Position numbers and translations under genes: made by a program. From a virus: DNA of 64,000 bases. The notes below the pieces were generated by a model. That model saw only the letters and a program-made list of their open reading frames with translations, was not told where the DNA came from and did not search any database. Location: positions 96,001-160,000 of the IMG/VR virus record IMGVR_UViG_3300027749_000040, one strand, 5' to 3'. Shown piece after piece: positions 27,951 through 37,315 of this stretch (the stretch's first letter is position 1; each line of letters begins with the position of its first letter).

Positions 27951-28739
27951 ATGTACTCAACTCAAGTATTCGTTTATACCCAACGACAAATCGTTATTCT
28001 TTTATCAGGAAATTCCCCTAGGAGTTATATGCCCCAGTATGCAAAGCCACTCACTCTACACAAAGGTGTAGATAATCAAATTCAATTTCAGTTCTTAAAT
28101 CAAGAACAAAAACCCGTCAATATCACAGGAAAAGAAATATCTTGTAGAATTTTAAATTCTACCGGTGTCACAGTTCTTATTAGAAAAGCACTTACTATTC
28201 AATTAGGTGCAACCGGTATTGCCGCATTGATGTTAAATCCCGGAGAGCTAGAAGAAATTGAGGCACAAAAATGTTATTATACATTAGAAATTCCAGTAGG
28301 CACATTTGATTACCCTGTATTTGTAGACCAAAATGCAGGTGGCCGGGGTGATATGAATATTGTTAATAGTATATTACCTAGCTTTGTTCCTAGCAATGAA
28401 ATAACTATTCCTACTGGACAAGGTTATCCTAATCCAGATTGGTATTCAAATGACGGATCGTATGTACCTGATTCTAATTCGGTTGTATATTATACCAGTG
28501 TTTATACCACAACTGATAATCCTAGATTAACACTACAAGCCACATATACCGACTTCTATGGTAATGTATTGATTGAAGGTTCTACTATTGGTAATACAGA
28601 CTGGTATCCAATTAGTACAATATATAGTTATACTGAAACAACAGACACATTCCATTATAACATTAATGGATTCCACCCATTCATTCGTATGGGGTTTGTG
28701 AGCAATGCGGGCGTAGTAACCAACATATTGGCAAGATAA
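27951..28739 (+). CDS. Probable virion structural protein (beta-sandwich, BppU-like N-terminus)
   Basis: Late promoter; KGVDN.I.F.F.N..QKPVNITG pattern; beta-rich. Confidence 0.5.
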   Translation: MYSTQVFVYTQRQIVILLSGNSPRSYMPQYAKPLTLHKGVDNQIQFQFLNQEQKPVNITGKEISCRILNSTGVTVLIRKALTIQLGATGIAALMLNPGELEEIEAQKCYYTLEIPVGTFDYPVFVDQNAGGRGDMNIVNSILPSFVPSNEITIPTGQGYPNPDWYSNDGSYVPDSNSVVYYTSVYTTTDNPRLTLQATYTDFYGNVLIEGSTIGNTDWYPISTIYSYTETTDTFHYNINGFHPFIRMGFVSNAGVVTNILAR

Positions 28740-28742
28740 GTA

Positions 28743-28771
28743 TTGACTGTGTGACAGATTTATGTTACACT
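28743..28771 (+). promoter_or_regulatory. sigma70-type promoter for primase-helicase
   Basis: TTGACT-17-TACACT with TGn; ATG at 28778. Confidence 0.7.
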
Positions 28772-28777
28772 ATGTAG

Positions 28778-29758
28778 ATGTTCGATATTCTGTCTATAAT
28801 TCCAGGCAAGAAAAAACTCACTCAAGGTGGATGGCACAGTTTCAATGCTGTATGTTGTAACCATCGCGGCCACAAAACTGATGCCAGAAGCCGAGGTGGT
28901 GTTCATTTTGATGGATCAATTAATTGGTTATACCATTGCTTTAATTGTGGGTTCAAGTGTGGGTTCACACTTGGAAGAAGTTTAACAAAGAATACACGAC
29001 AACTATTAACTTGGTGCGGAGTAGATGATACGCAGATTAGTAAGTGGAGTTTAGAAAGTTTACAACAAAAAGATATACTAGACTTTACTCAACCTAAAAA
29101 GAAAACTAAAATTAAGTTTGACGAACATAAGCTGCCTGACGATGCAGAACTACTTGACCAAAATAATCAATCACACAAAATATATGTAGACTATCTAAAA
29201 TCAAGAGGTATAAGTAGTAGTGAATATCCTTTCATGGTCACTCCCAACGAATCAAGTCGCATGGGAAATCGCATCATCATTCCCTATACATACAAAAACA
29301 AGATTGTTGGTCACACAAGTAGGTTCTTAGACAATAAGATTCCAAAATATATCAACGAACAACAACCTGGTTATGTATTTGGATATGATTTTCAACAACC
29401 CAATCAAAGTGTTTGTATACTAGTCGAGGGCATCTTTGATGCATTGAGTCTAGGTGCTTGTGCGTTAACTCATAACACGATTAACGATGACCAAGCAGAA
29501 CTACTAGCACAACTTAACAGACAAATCATTTTTGTTCCCGACCGTGATAAAACAGGATTTGACTCCTGTGAGAGGGCTATTCAACTAGGCTATAGCGTCA
29601 GTATCCCACACTGGGACAAGGACGTAAAAGATGTTAATGATGCAATTGTCAAATATGGTAGACTACCTACACTACTCAGTATATTGCAGTCTGCTACAAT
29701 GAGCAAAATTAAAATAGAAATGCAAAGGAAAAAAATTGGTAAACAAAACGGATTCTAA
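28778..29758 (+). CDS. DNA primase (T4 gp61-like)
   Basis: Zn finger CC...YHCFNCG, YLKSRG, RIIIP, TOPRIM VEGIFDA and PDRD, KDVND. Confidence 0.92.
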   Translation: MFDILSIIPGKKKLTQGGWHSFNAVCCNHRGHKTDARSRGGVHFDGSINWLYHCFNCGFKCGFTLGRSLTKNTRQLLTWCGVDDTQISKWSLESLQQKDILDFTQPKKKTKIKFDEHKLPDDAELLDQNNQSHKIYVDYLKSRGISSSEYPFMVTPNESSRMGNRIIIPYTYKNKIVGHTSRFLDNKIPKYINEQQPGYVFGYDFQQPNQSVCILVEGIFDALSLGACALTHNTINDDQAELLAQLNRQIIFVPDRDKTGFDSCERAIQLGYSVSIPHWDKDVKDVNDAIVKYGRLPTLLSILQSATMSKIKIEMQRKKIGKQNGF

Positions 29759-31196
29759 AAAACAAATTGACTATACCCCGGAAGTACAAAAGTACTTTTT
29801 ACGAATGATGATGACTAACGCCGAATTATACACTCGGGTTATGAACATTATGAACAGCGAAAACTTTGATAAGTCATTGAGACCTGCCGCAGAGTTATTT
29901 AAAGAACATACAAACAAATACAAAGTATTACCAGATCATACTCAAGTTAAAGCAATGACTGGAATTGATATAGAACCTATCCCAGAACTGAATGAAGGTC
30001 ACAACGAATGGTTCTTTGATGCGTTTGAATCATTTACTAAACGGCAAGAACTAGAAAGAGCAATTCTTAAAGCCGCAGACTTACTTGAGAAAGGTGACTT
30101 TAGTCCTGTTGAAAAATTAATCAAAGATGCAGTACAAATTAGTTTACAACGAGACATGGGTACAGATTACTTCTTTGATCCTAAAGGTCGTATTAACAAA
30201 TACTTCAACGCAGGCGGACAAGTTAGCACAGGCTGGCCCCAGATGGATCGTATCTTATATGGTGGTATGAGTCGGGGTGAACTTAACATCTTTGCAGGTG
30301 GCTCAGGATCAGGTAAGTCATTAGTAATGATGAACTTGGCATTGAACTGGTTACAAGCAGGAATGAGCGGAGTCTACATCACACTTGAATTAAGTGAAGA
30401 ACTAACAAGTTTGCGTACTGATGCTATGTTAACACAGATGGGTACTAAAGCAATTCGTAAAGACATTGACACTACCGATCTCAAGGTTAAGATGGTTGGT
30501 AAAAAAGCAGGAAAGTATCGTGTTAAAGGATTACCCGCTCAAAGTAATGTAAATGATATTCGTGCTTACTTAAAAGAAGTACAAATTCAAACAGGCATTA
30601 AAATTGATTTTGTAATGGTTGACTACTTAGATTTGGTTATGCCGGTCTCTGTTAAAGTTAATCCTAACGATCAGTTCATTAAAGACAAATATGTTGCAGA
30701 AGAATTGCGTAACTTAGCTAAAGAGATGGGCGTGTTATTAGTAACTGCATCGCAGTTGAATCGTAGTGCAGTCGATGAGATTGAATTCGACCACAGTCAC
30801 ATTGCCGGTGGTATCAGTAAAATTAATACAGCAGATAATGTGTTTGGTATCTTTACAAGTCGCAGTATGCGTGAGCGTGGTAAGTATCAGATTCAATGTA
30901 TGAAAAGTCGTAGTTCAACGGGTGTGGGTATGAAAATTGACTTAGAATATGACATTGAAACAATGCGTATCAGTGATAGCGATCCTGACGGGTATGCGGA
31001 TCAACAAGCAAAGTATAGACCTAGTCCTAGTCCAACCGACATTATGAATCAAGTGAGAGCACAATCTACGTTAGTTTCTACAGAACCTATTATTGACCAA
31101 GCTACAGGTGAAGTATTAGAACCCTTAAATAAAAAGGTCGCAGTAGACGTTCAGGGTTCTAAACTCAAAAATTTACTCAACAGTTTGAAGAGGTAA
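29736..31196 (+). CDS. Replicative DnaB-like helicase (T4 gp41-like)
   Basis: GGSGSGKS, ITLELSE, VDYLDL, TASQLNR, MKSR. Confidence 0.93.
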   Translation: MVNKTDSKKQIDYTPEVQKYFLRMMMTNAELYTRVMNIMNSENFDKSLRPAAELFKEHTNKYKVLPDHTQVKAMTGIDIEPIPELNEGHNEWFFDAFESFTKRQELERAILKAADLLEKGDFSPVEKLIKDAVQISLQRDMGTDYFFDPKGRINKYFNAGGQVSTGWPQMDRILYGGMSRGELNIFAGGSGSGKSLVMMNLALNWLQAGMSGVYITLELSEELTSLRTDAMLTQMGTKAIRKDIDTTDLKVKMVGKKAGKYRVKGLPAQSNVNDIRAYLKEVQIQTGIKIDFVMVDYLDLVMPVSVKVNPNDQFIKDKYVAEELRNLAKEMGVLLVTASQLNRSAVDEIEFDHSHIAGGISKINTADNVFGIFTSRSMRERGKYQIQCMKSRSSTGVGMKIDLEYDIETMRISDSDPDGYADQQAKYRPSPSPTDIMNQVRAQSTLVSTEPIIDQATGEVLEPLNKKVAVDVQGSKLKNLLNSLKR

Positions 31197-31212
31197 GACT
31201 AAATACTATATC

Positions 31213-31467
31213 ATGCAAAAACAAACTCGCAGCCTGTTGGAAGAATTAGAGTCAATCGGTAATAACCGTGACACCAGTCACATTATTGAGAGCCGAGGTC
31301 ATAACATCATTACCAGTGCAATTAATTTACTAGAAATGATTAACAGGCATTATACGCCTGTTCAGGCTGAAATTTTAGAGCGTAAGCTACTAAGTGCTAT
31401 AAAAAATAAAGACCAGAGTAAATTTGCAAAATCACTAAAAAAGAATAGCAACAATGAGCCTATCTGA
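31213..31467 (+). CDS. Small late hypothetical protein
   Basis: ACTAAATA at 31198-31205. Confidence 0.65.
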   Translation: MQKQTRSLLEELESIGNNRDTSHIIESRGHNIITSAINLLEMINRHYTPVQAEILERKLLSAIKNKDQSKFAKSLKKNSNNEPI

Positions 31468-32602
31468 GTCCCTGTCGATATTAAAGTCTAAAATTGATAA
31501 ATTTTCCATTAAAGAGGCTAAGGGACATTTAGACCATCCTGAGGATTTAATATTTTTAGACGGCACTCAAGGTGCTAACCGTGCTGTTCAAGCAAGCGTA
31601 GACACAGTTAAAAATCCAGCAACAGTCACAATTAAGTGGGATGGATATCCTGCATTGATTTTTGGGCGTGGTACAAATGGCAAGTTCAGTATTATGGACA
31701 AACATATGTTCAATAAAAAAGACTTATCAGGTCGTCAAGTATTCAGCCCCGAACAATTTGTTGAATATGATAGAGCCCGAGGAGTTGACCGTAGTGGATT
31801 ACATCAATTAATTGCCGAAATTTGGCCAGGACTAGAAAAGTCAGATAGAAGCAAAGGTTATTACTGGGGAGACTTACTATTCAGTCAACCGTTGCAAGAA
31901 CAAAACGGTATGTATAAGTTCAAAGCTAATCCCAATGGTATTGCATACACAGTTGAGGCAAACAGTGAAGTAGGACAGTTATTTAAAGGAAAACAAGCCG
32001 CTATTGTGGTACACCAGTTTATTCCTCCAAATGCCGCTACAACAGATGAAGCCACACCATTGGACGGTGGCATTGGTAGTTTGAAAAATAACAGTAATGT
32101 AGCTATTGTTCCTGCAAAAATGCCCATCACTCCTAAATTAAAGATAAGCAGTAAATTAGTTAACCAAGCACAATCTGATATTAAAAAGTATGGTCCTGCT
32201 GTGGATCAATTGTTAAATACAGCTCCGCAAGCCGCAACAACATTTCGTGGATTGTTTACTACCTATATCAATAAGAAAATTGTTGCAGGTGATTTGAATA
32301 ATTTAGTAGATGGATTTATGGAATACTTTAATAGTCGTCCAATGACTGATGCTATGAAAACAAAGTTGACTCAGCACCTAGAAGCTAATAAAGCAGGATT
32401 AGTTGGAGCATTCACTATATGGGTTAGTTTATATCAATTGAAAATGGCTATCGTAGACCAACTCAATAAAGCCGCAGAAGCAAGTCCTGTGAAGGGCTAT
32501 CTAGATGACGGAACACAGACTCAAGAAGGTTTTGTCAGTAACGGACTCAAATTTGTAGATAGAATGGGCTTCAGCCGTCAGAATTTGGCTGGAAGAACCT
32601 AA
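31454..32602 (+). CDS. DUF6267-like protein with ligase/nucleotidyltransferase motifs
   Basis: HLDHPED, TIKWDG (KxDG), GDLLF, EGFV, KFVDR. Confidence 0.6.
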   Translation: MSLSESLSILKSKIDKFSIKEAKGHLDHPEDLIFLDGTQGANRAVQASVDTVKNPATVTIKWDGYPALIFGRGTNGKFSIMDKHMFNKKDLSGRQVFSPEQFVEYDRARGVDRSGLHQLIAEIWPGLEKSDRSKGYYWGDLLFSQPLQEQNGMYKFKANPNGIAYTVEANSEVGQLFKGKQAAIVVHQFIPPNAATTDEATPLDGGIGSLKNNSNVAIVPAKMPITPKLKISSKLVNQAQSDIKKYGPAVDQLLNTAPQAATTFRGLFTTYINKKIVAGDLNNLVDGFMEYFNSRPMTDAMKTKLTQHLEANKAGLVGAFTIWVSLYQLKMAIVDQLNKAAEASPVKGYLDDGTQTQEGFVSNGLKFVDRMGFSRQNLAGRT

Positions 32603-32629
32603 CCAAAACCGACTTTTTTAATTGCTAGG

Positions 32630-32637
32630 CATAAATA
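32630..32637 (+). promoter_or_regulatory. Late promoter CATAAATA, followed by leader hairpin TGAATC-tatat-GATTCA and AAGGA SD
   Basis: Direct reading. Confidence 0.65.
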
Positions 32638-32682
32638 AGTGTATGAATCTATATGATTCAAACATTTTAAAGGAAAATTATC

Positions 32683-33105
32683 ATGGCAGGTTTTACAAGA
32701 ACACACGGCGATGCACAACCAGTATTCGCAATTGACGTACAAAATGGTCCAGTAGCTCCAGATACGGCAGCTAACGGCACGACTACTAATTTATATGGTC
32801 CAGCACTTGACTTCTTCGGTTTTGACTTAGGGGCCGCTCCAACAGCACAATTAGGTGTTGACGAGATGGTTGCACAAGTTATGGTTTCTATCGAACAATT
32901 AGCTACAGTTGCAATTTATGCAGTTCAAGCTACCGCAAACACAACAAACATGTCTGTTGCTGTTTATCCAGTAGGCGCATACACCGCGGCTGCACTACAA
33001 GCACAAACTCGTGCTTTAGGTACAGTTAACGGTTATGACCTAAGTGGTGCTGTTGTTACTAACGTTGGTTTCCGTTTAGCTTCTTCAGCTACAAGCGCAA
33101 GCTAA
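32683..33105 (+). CDS. Probable abundant virion protein (decoration-like)
   Basis: Own late promoter, strong SD and own terminator; Ala/Thr/Val-rich. Confidence 0.55.
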   Translation: MAGFTRTHGDAQPVFAIDVQNGPVAPDTAANGTTTNLYGPALDFFGFDLGAAPTAQLGVDEMVAQVMVSIEQLATVAIYAVQATANTTNMSVAVYPVGAYTAAALQAQTRALGTVNGYDLSGAVVTNVGFRLASSATSAS

Positions 33106-33125
33106 TCAGAAGTTTAACTTCAAAG

Positions 33126-33155
33126 AAATCCGAGATTTATTCTCGGATTTTTTTT
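33126..33155 (+). terminator. Rho-independent terminator
   Basis: AAATCCGAGA-tttat-TCTCGGATTT followed by a T-run. Confidence 0.9.
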
Positions 33156-33171
33156 GCCTCTAAATACACAT

Positions 33172-33627
33172 ATGAGTTTTAAAATAAGTTGCTATACATT
33201 ATTTGATATCACGCAGACAGGTGTTATTAATCGTTCCAGACCCGGAACAGACGATGATCCTGAAGTATGGTTACATAGAAGAAACACGCAATGTAATTTT
33301 GATACAATAGTGCAAGCAGTATCATTGAGGTCACAGCCAGAGAATATTACTATTCCTGTGCTTAATAAAATTAAGTTAAATGAATTTGATAGTTTTGGTT
33401 TTCTTTTTGAAGAAGATATTGAAATAAATTGCTGGACCTTTGATTTTACTGTTCAACATGCCAGTGTATACCATGATGGAATAACTGATTTGGGTTCATT
33501 ATATTCAGATTGTGACCAAGTTCCAATGATAAAGACAAGTAAAGCCTGGGATAAACTACCAGTATTTTTGGATAGTTCGGATGAACTTAGAAACATTTAT
33601 TTTAAGGTGGTCGAAAATGATGAATGA
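33172..33627 (+). CDS. Late hypothetical protein
   Basis: TCTAAATA at 33159-33166, ATG 33172; TLFDITQTG motif. Confidence 0.65.
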   Translation: MSFKISCYTLFDITQTGVINRSRPGTDDDPEVWLHRRNTQCNFDTIVQAVSLRSQPENITIPVLNKIKLNEFDSFGFLFEEDIEINCWTFDFTVQHASVYHDGITDLGSLYSDCDQVPMIKTSKAWDKLPVFLDSSDELRNIYFKVVENDE

Positions 33628-34102
33628 TATTGAACTAGAACGAAAATTTAACAGAATGATTTCTACAAAAGAAATCAATGAGTTGCAAGATGTTTCTATT
33701 TTTGAAATGACTAAGGATAATTATGTCGTATTCAAACAATACCGTATAAAGAAAAAGTCCAAAACAGACATTGATGTTTGTTTGACAAACGGAGATTTGG
33801 TGCATTCTTTTTCTAGTATGCGTAATGCTATTTGTTGGTGCATTTTTGACAAACGTGGCAAATATGTTATGGCTGATAGAATAATAACATTAGACAGGTG
33901 TATCTCTAATGAAGAGGTCCAAATGTCAATTCATAAAAACTTATTCAAAAAATCAAAAAAAACAGAGGATAAATTAATATTCCTAGCAAAATTGAACGAG
34001 GACCAGTTTAGACGCAGTACAATGCATCGAGAATTAGAGAGTTATGTGGGACAGTCTGACTATTGGCAGAAGCATCAGTTTAAATTAAAAACCGCACATT
34101 AA
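33617..34102 (+). CDS. Hypothetical protein
   Basis: AAGGT SD before ATG 33617. Confidence 0.6.
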   Translation: MMNDIELERKFNRMISTKEINELQDVSIFEMTKDNYVVFKQYRIKKKSKTDIDVCLTNGDLVHSFSSMRNAICWCIFDKRGKYVMADRIITLDRCISNEEVQMSIHKNLFKKSKKTEDKLIFLAKLNEDQFRRSTMHRELESYVGQSDYWQKHQFKLKTAH

Positions 34103-34147
34103 AGCCAAAAGTGATAAATACTTTATATTAGTCTTGGGACCACAACT

Positions 34148-34870
34148 ATGAAATTAACAGATTTTGACAAACAACCAGTATACAGTGCTCAAAGAGCATT
34201 AAAAGAGCATTATGGCACATCCATTGATGTTAGCAGAATGACTTATGCACAAGTGCGTAACATGCTTAGTAAAGTTCGCGGCTTGATGAGTGAATCTAAA
34301 GAATCAACCAAGTTCTATGAAAGTACTGCAAACAGTTCATACATGAAACTAGTTTTTATGGAACAAGCATTGAGCAAGCAATTTGCTTACTTAAGCACAC
34401 ACCGCCCGCGTATCGTTGTCGAGAATGAGGAAGTAGAAAAGTCACAGACTATTCTAGCCGCACAAGATATGGTTGACTCTATTCAGAAGATGGTTGAGCA
34501 AGTTAGTGATATGATTGTTAAAGAACTTCCTGCATTGGTTGACTCAGTTCAATCTGAAATTGGTGTTAACGAGAGTTCTTCCTTCAGTCAACAAGCCACA
34601 GAAGCATTGACTTCATTACAAGCCGCATTGACACAAAGCCAAGGCACAATGAAAGACGCTGTAAATGGTATTACTGGTCAAGGTGATATGGGTGCATTTG
34701 ACGGCGCCGATGATATGAGTACTGATATCGGTGGTGATTTAGGTGGTGAAGAAGATTTCAACATGGATGCAACTGAAGAACTGCCGGACGGCGGCGAAGA
34801 AGAAGTTGACCTAAACATGGGTGACGAAGAACCAGAAGATTTAGGTTCTGTAGGCCGCGCCAAAAGATAA
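34148..34870 (+). CDS. Probable prohead core/scaffold-like protein
   Basis: GATAAATA 34113-34120; coiled-coil plus very acidic tail ending GRAKR. Confidence 0.5.
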   Translation: MKLTDFDKQPVYSAQRALKEHYGTSIDVSRMTYAQVRNMLSKVRGLMSESKESTKFYESTANSSYMKLVFMEQALSKQFAYLSTHRPRIVVENEEVEKSQTILAAQDMVDSIQKMVEQVSDMIVKELPALVDSVQSEIGVNESSSFSQQATEALTSLQAALTQSQGTMKDAVNGITGQGDMGAFDGADDMSTDIGGDLGGEEDFNMDATEELPDGGEEEVDLNMGDEEPEDLGSVGRAKR

Positions 34871-34871
34871 T

Positions 34872-35192
34872 ATGAGACTCTTTGAGTTTGACACTAGTCC
34901 ACTATTAGTTGGGTTGGTTGCAACGACCAGCCAACTAACCAGTGAAATCAATGCTGGTAAAGTTAAACCAAATTGGACCGTTCCAGAACTCTTGCAATAT
35001 TATAGAGATAATGATATCATTATTGATAAGTCAGATTTGTACAACATGATTAAAAATCCTCCATTGAACAAATATATTACCAACATACAAGGTGATAGTA
35101 TTGTGTTTAAAGGACAAACAGAAGGTGGCGAGCAAGCTCCCGATGAAAGCAAAAAAGTTGTACAACAAATGGCCAAACAAGCAATGAAATAA
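34872..35192 (+). CDS. Putative internal head protein
   Basis: MRLFEF N-terminus. Confidence 0.5.
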   Translation: MRLFEFDTSPLLVGLVATTSQLTSEINAGKVKPNWTVPELLQYYRDNDIIIDKSDLYNMIKNPPLNKYITNIQGDSIVFKGQTEGGEQAPDESKKVVQQMAKQAMK

Positions 35193-36050
35193 ATGAAAAA
35201 ACTTATGGTATGTGGCTGTAGCTTCAGCGCAGTCAGCACTAAAGAAGAATATAACGGTACAGCGTGGAGCGAAATTCTAGTAGATAAATTAGGCTGGAAC
35301 TTACAAAATATTGCTCGACAGGGTTGCAGTAACGGTGGTATTAGAATTCAAATTGATGAGGTACTCAGACAAAAACCTGATTTTGCTATTATCACCCCTA
35401 CCTCATATGACAGAATAGAAATTCCTAATTTTATTAAGGAAAAGACTAAACTTGATTTTAGTAAGTTGACACATATCTTGATGGATATGTTGTTGCGACC
35501 TGTAATATATGACACTTTTAAAAAAGATGATGGTAAGTCATATTACAAAGATGCAGGCTTAGATAATATAAATTATGGTAATAATTATTCTAGGTTGATA
35601 GTAGAAACCATACACTCATTGGCAGATAATCACCATCATCCATATAGACTTAATCAACCTGTCCTGCCTGAAGTGCAAACAGCATTAGAAATGTATATTA
35701 ATTACATATATGATGGTTCTTGGAAAAGACAAATGGATGAATGGATTATACGAGATGGGCTAGTTCAATTACAAGCAAATAATATACCATTTTTAATCAA
35801 CACCGGTTACTCATTGTGGCCCCATATTAACTATATGAAAGAAGCATTAACTAATGTGATTGATGAGATATATATATTGGATGATGATAAAAAAAATCCT
35901 TACAGCGTGTTTTGCATTATGCCCCCACCTGGCTCTACTCCAAAAGATCCATATGGCCCAAATGATCCCGGCTATCATACTAGCATAGAAGGTCAGCAAT
36001 TTATAGCAGATGGATTTTATAATATTATCAAGAACCGTTGGGGCCTATAA
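35193..36050 (+). CDS. SGNH-like hydrolase/acyltransferase
   Basis: VCGCSFS, NIARQGCSN, YHTSIEGQ. Confidence 0.6.
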   Translation: MKKLMVCGCSFSAVSTKEEYNGTAWSEILVDKLGWNLQNIARQGCSNGGIRIQIDEVLRQKPDFAIITPTSYDRIEIPNFIKEKTKLDFSKLTHILMDMLLRPVIYDTFKKDDGKSYYKDAGLDNINYGNNYSRLIVETIHSLADNHHHPYRLNQPVLPEVQTALEMYINYIYDGSWKRQMDEWIIRDGLVQLQANNIPFLINTGYSLWPHINYMKEALTNVIDEIYILDDDKKNPYSVFCIMPPPGSTPKDPYGPNDPGYHTSIEGQQFIADGFYNIIKNRWGL

Positions 36051-36058
36051 ATACATCT

Positions 36059-36379
36059 ATGATAACACTGACCGATAAAGCCGCAAAAAAGGTTAATCAA
36101 ACCCTTACAAAACGAGGTACGGGCGTAGGTATAAGAATAGGTGTTAAAACAACAGGTTGTTCTGGTCTAGCATATGTACTTGAATATGTAGATAATCCAA
36201 ATGAAACTGATATAAGAGTAGACTGTAGCGGATGTATCTTCTATGTCGATCCCAAAAGCATTCCATACGTACAGGGCATGACTGTAGATTTTGTACGCAA
36301 TGGATTAAATGAAGGTTTTGAATTTAATAATCCAAACGAGAGAGACCGTTGTGGATGCGGGGAAAGTTTCAGAGTATAA
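36059..36379 (+). CDS. iscA: A-type Fe-S cluster carrier
   Basis: GCSGLAY and CGCGESF motifs; TATAAATA at 36046-36053 supports ATG 36059. Confidence 0.93.
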   Translation: MITLTDKAAKKVNQTLTKRGTGVGIRIGVKTTGCSGLAYVLEYVDNPNETDIRVDCSGCIFYVDPKSIPYVQGMTVDFVRNGLNEGFEFNNPNERDRCGCGESFRV

Positions 36380-37267
36380 ATGTACCTTGCAACAGTGACT
36401 TGTAATAGAGATTTTCAGCAAATGTTATTACAAGCTGAAAGCATTCAACGATTTTTAAATCCATGCAAGCATGTAATTATCATCAATGAATCGAATCCTG
36501 ATTTAGATTTTTGGAATAGATGGTTAAAACCATATTATTCCCAGCATGAATTAGTAATTATTCCTAGAATTGAATATGCATATCCATCTAGTTGCATAGG
36601 AACAAGAGATGTTTACGGGGAGGTCGATCAGATAAGTAATGGCTGGAGAACTCAACAACTACAAAAAATGCTATTGGCATATAAATTTGAAGACGATTAT
36701 TTATTATTAGATTCTAAAAACTTTTTTATAAAACCAACAGACCTTGCTGAATGGGATAATTGTATAGGCAGCGGTAGTTTTTTAGGATTTGGTTCAATGC
36801 ATAATTTTGTAGGAACTTATAAAAAATATACAGAATTATTTGAATATGAACTTGAATATTATATAGGGCCACACACTCCCTTTAAAGTCAAACGAGAACC
36901 ACTAGTATCAAAATGTAAACTAAGTGAATTGGGGTATCAATTATTTTATCCTGAATATAGTAGGAAGCCGGCTTCTGAGGGTATTTTTTATTCTTTTCTA
37001 GTACGTGATGAAATTACTCAACAGGTAGGAACACATTTTAAAAAAAATATAACTATATGGGGAGATGAAAAATCTACTCTTACTAAAAAATTATTTCAAA
37101 TATTGATGGACAATGATATCAAAGTAGTTGGATTGCACAGAGAAATCTTATCAACTATGACTGAACAAGATACAAAAATAGTAGAATTTTGGCTTAACTC
37201 AACTGGAAAAATAGGATTAGGCTTTACTAATAAAATATACCCTATGCCAAGAGACTCACACGTATAG
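36380..37267 (+). CDS. Putative GT-A-like glycosyltransferase (DUF6492-like)
   Basis: GWRTQQLQK...YLLLDSKNFFIKP. Confidence 0.55.
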   Translation: MYLATVTCNRDFQQMLLQAESIQRFLNPCKHVIIINESNPDLDFWNRWLKPYYSQHELVIIPRIEYAYPSSCIGTRDVYGEVDQISNGWRTQQLQKMLLAYKFEDDYLLLDSKNFFIKPTDLAEWDNCIGSGSFLGFGSMHNFVGTYKKYTELFEYELEYYIGPHTPFKVKREPLVSKCKLSELGYQLFYPEYSRKPASEGIFYSFLVRDEITQQVGTHFKKNITIWGDEKSTLTKKLFQILMDNDIKVVGLHREILSTMTEQDTKIVEFWLNSTGKIGLGFTNKIYPMPRDSHV

Positions 37268-37281
37268 TGCGCCCTTTAAGC

Positions 37282-37309
37282 TTTACAACTTATTATAATA
37301 GTGTACAAT
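37282..37309 (+). promoter_or_regulatory. sigma70-type promoter
   Basis: TTTACA-16-TACAAT; ATG at 37316. Confidence 0.5.
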
Positions 37310-37315
37310 AATACA

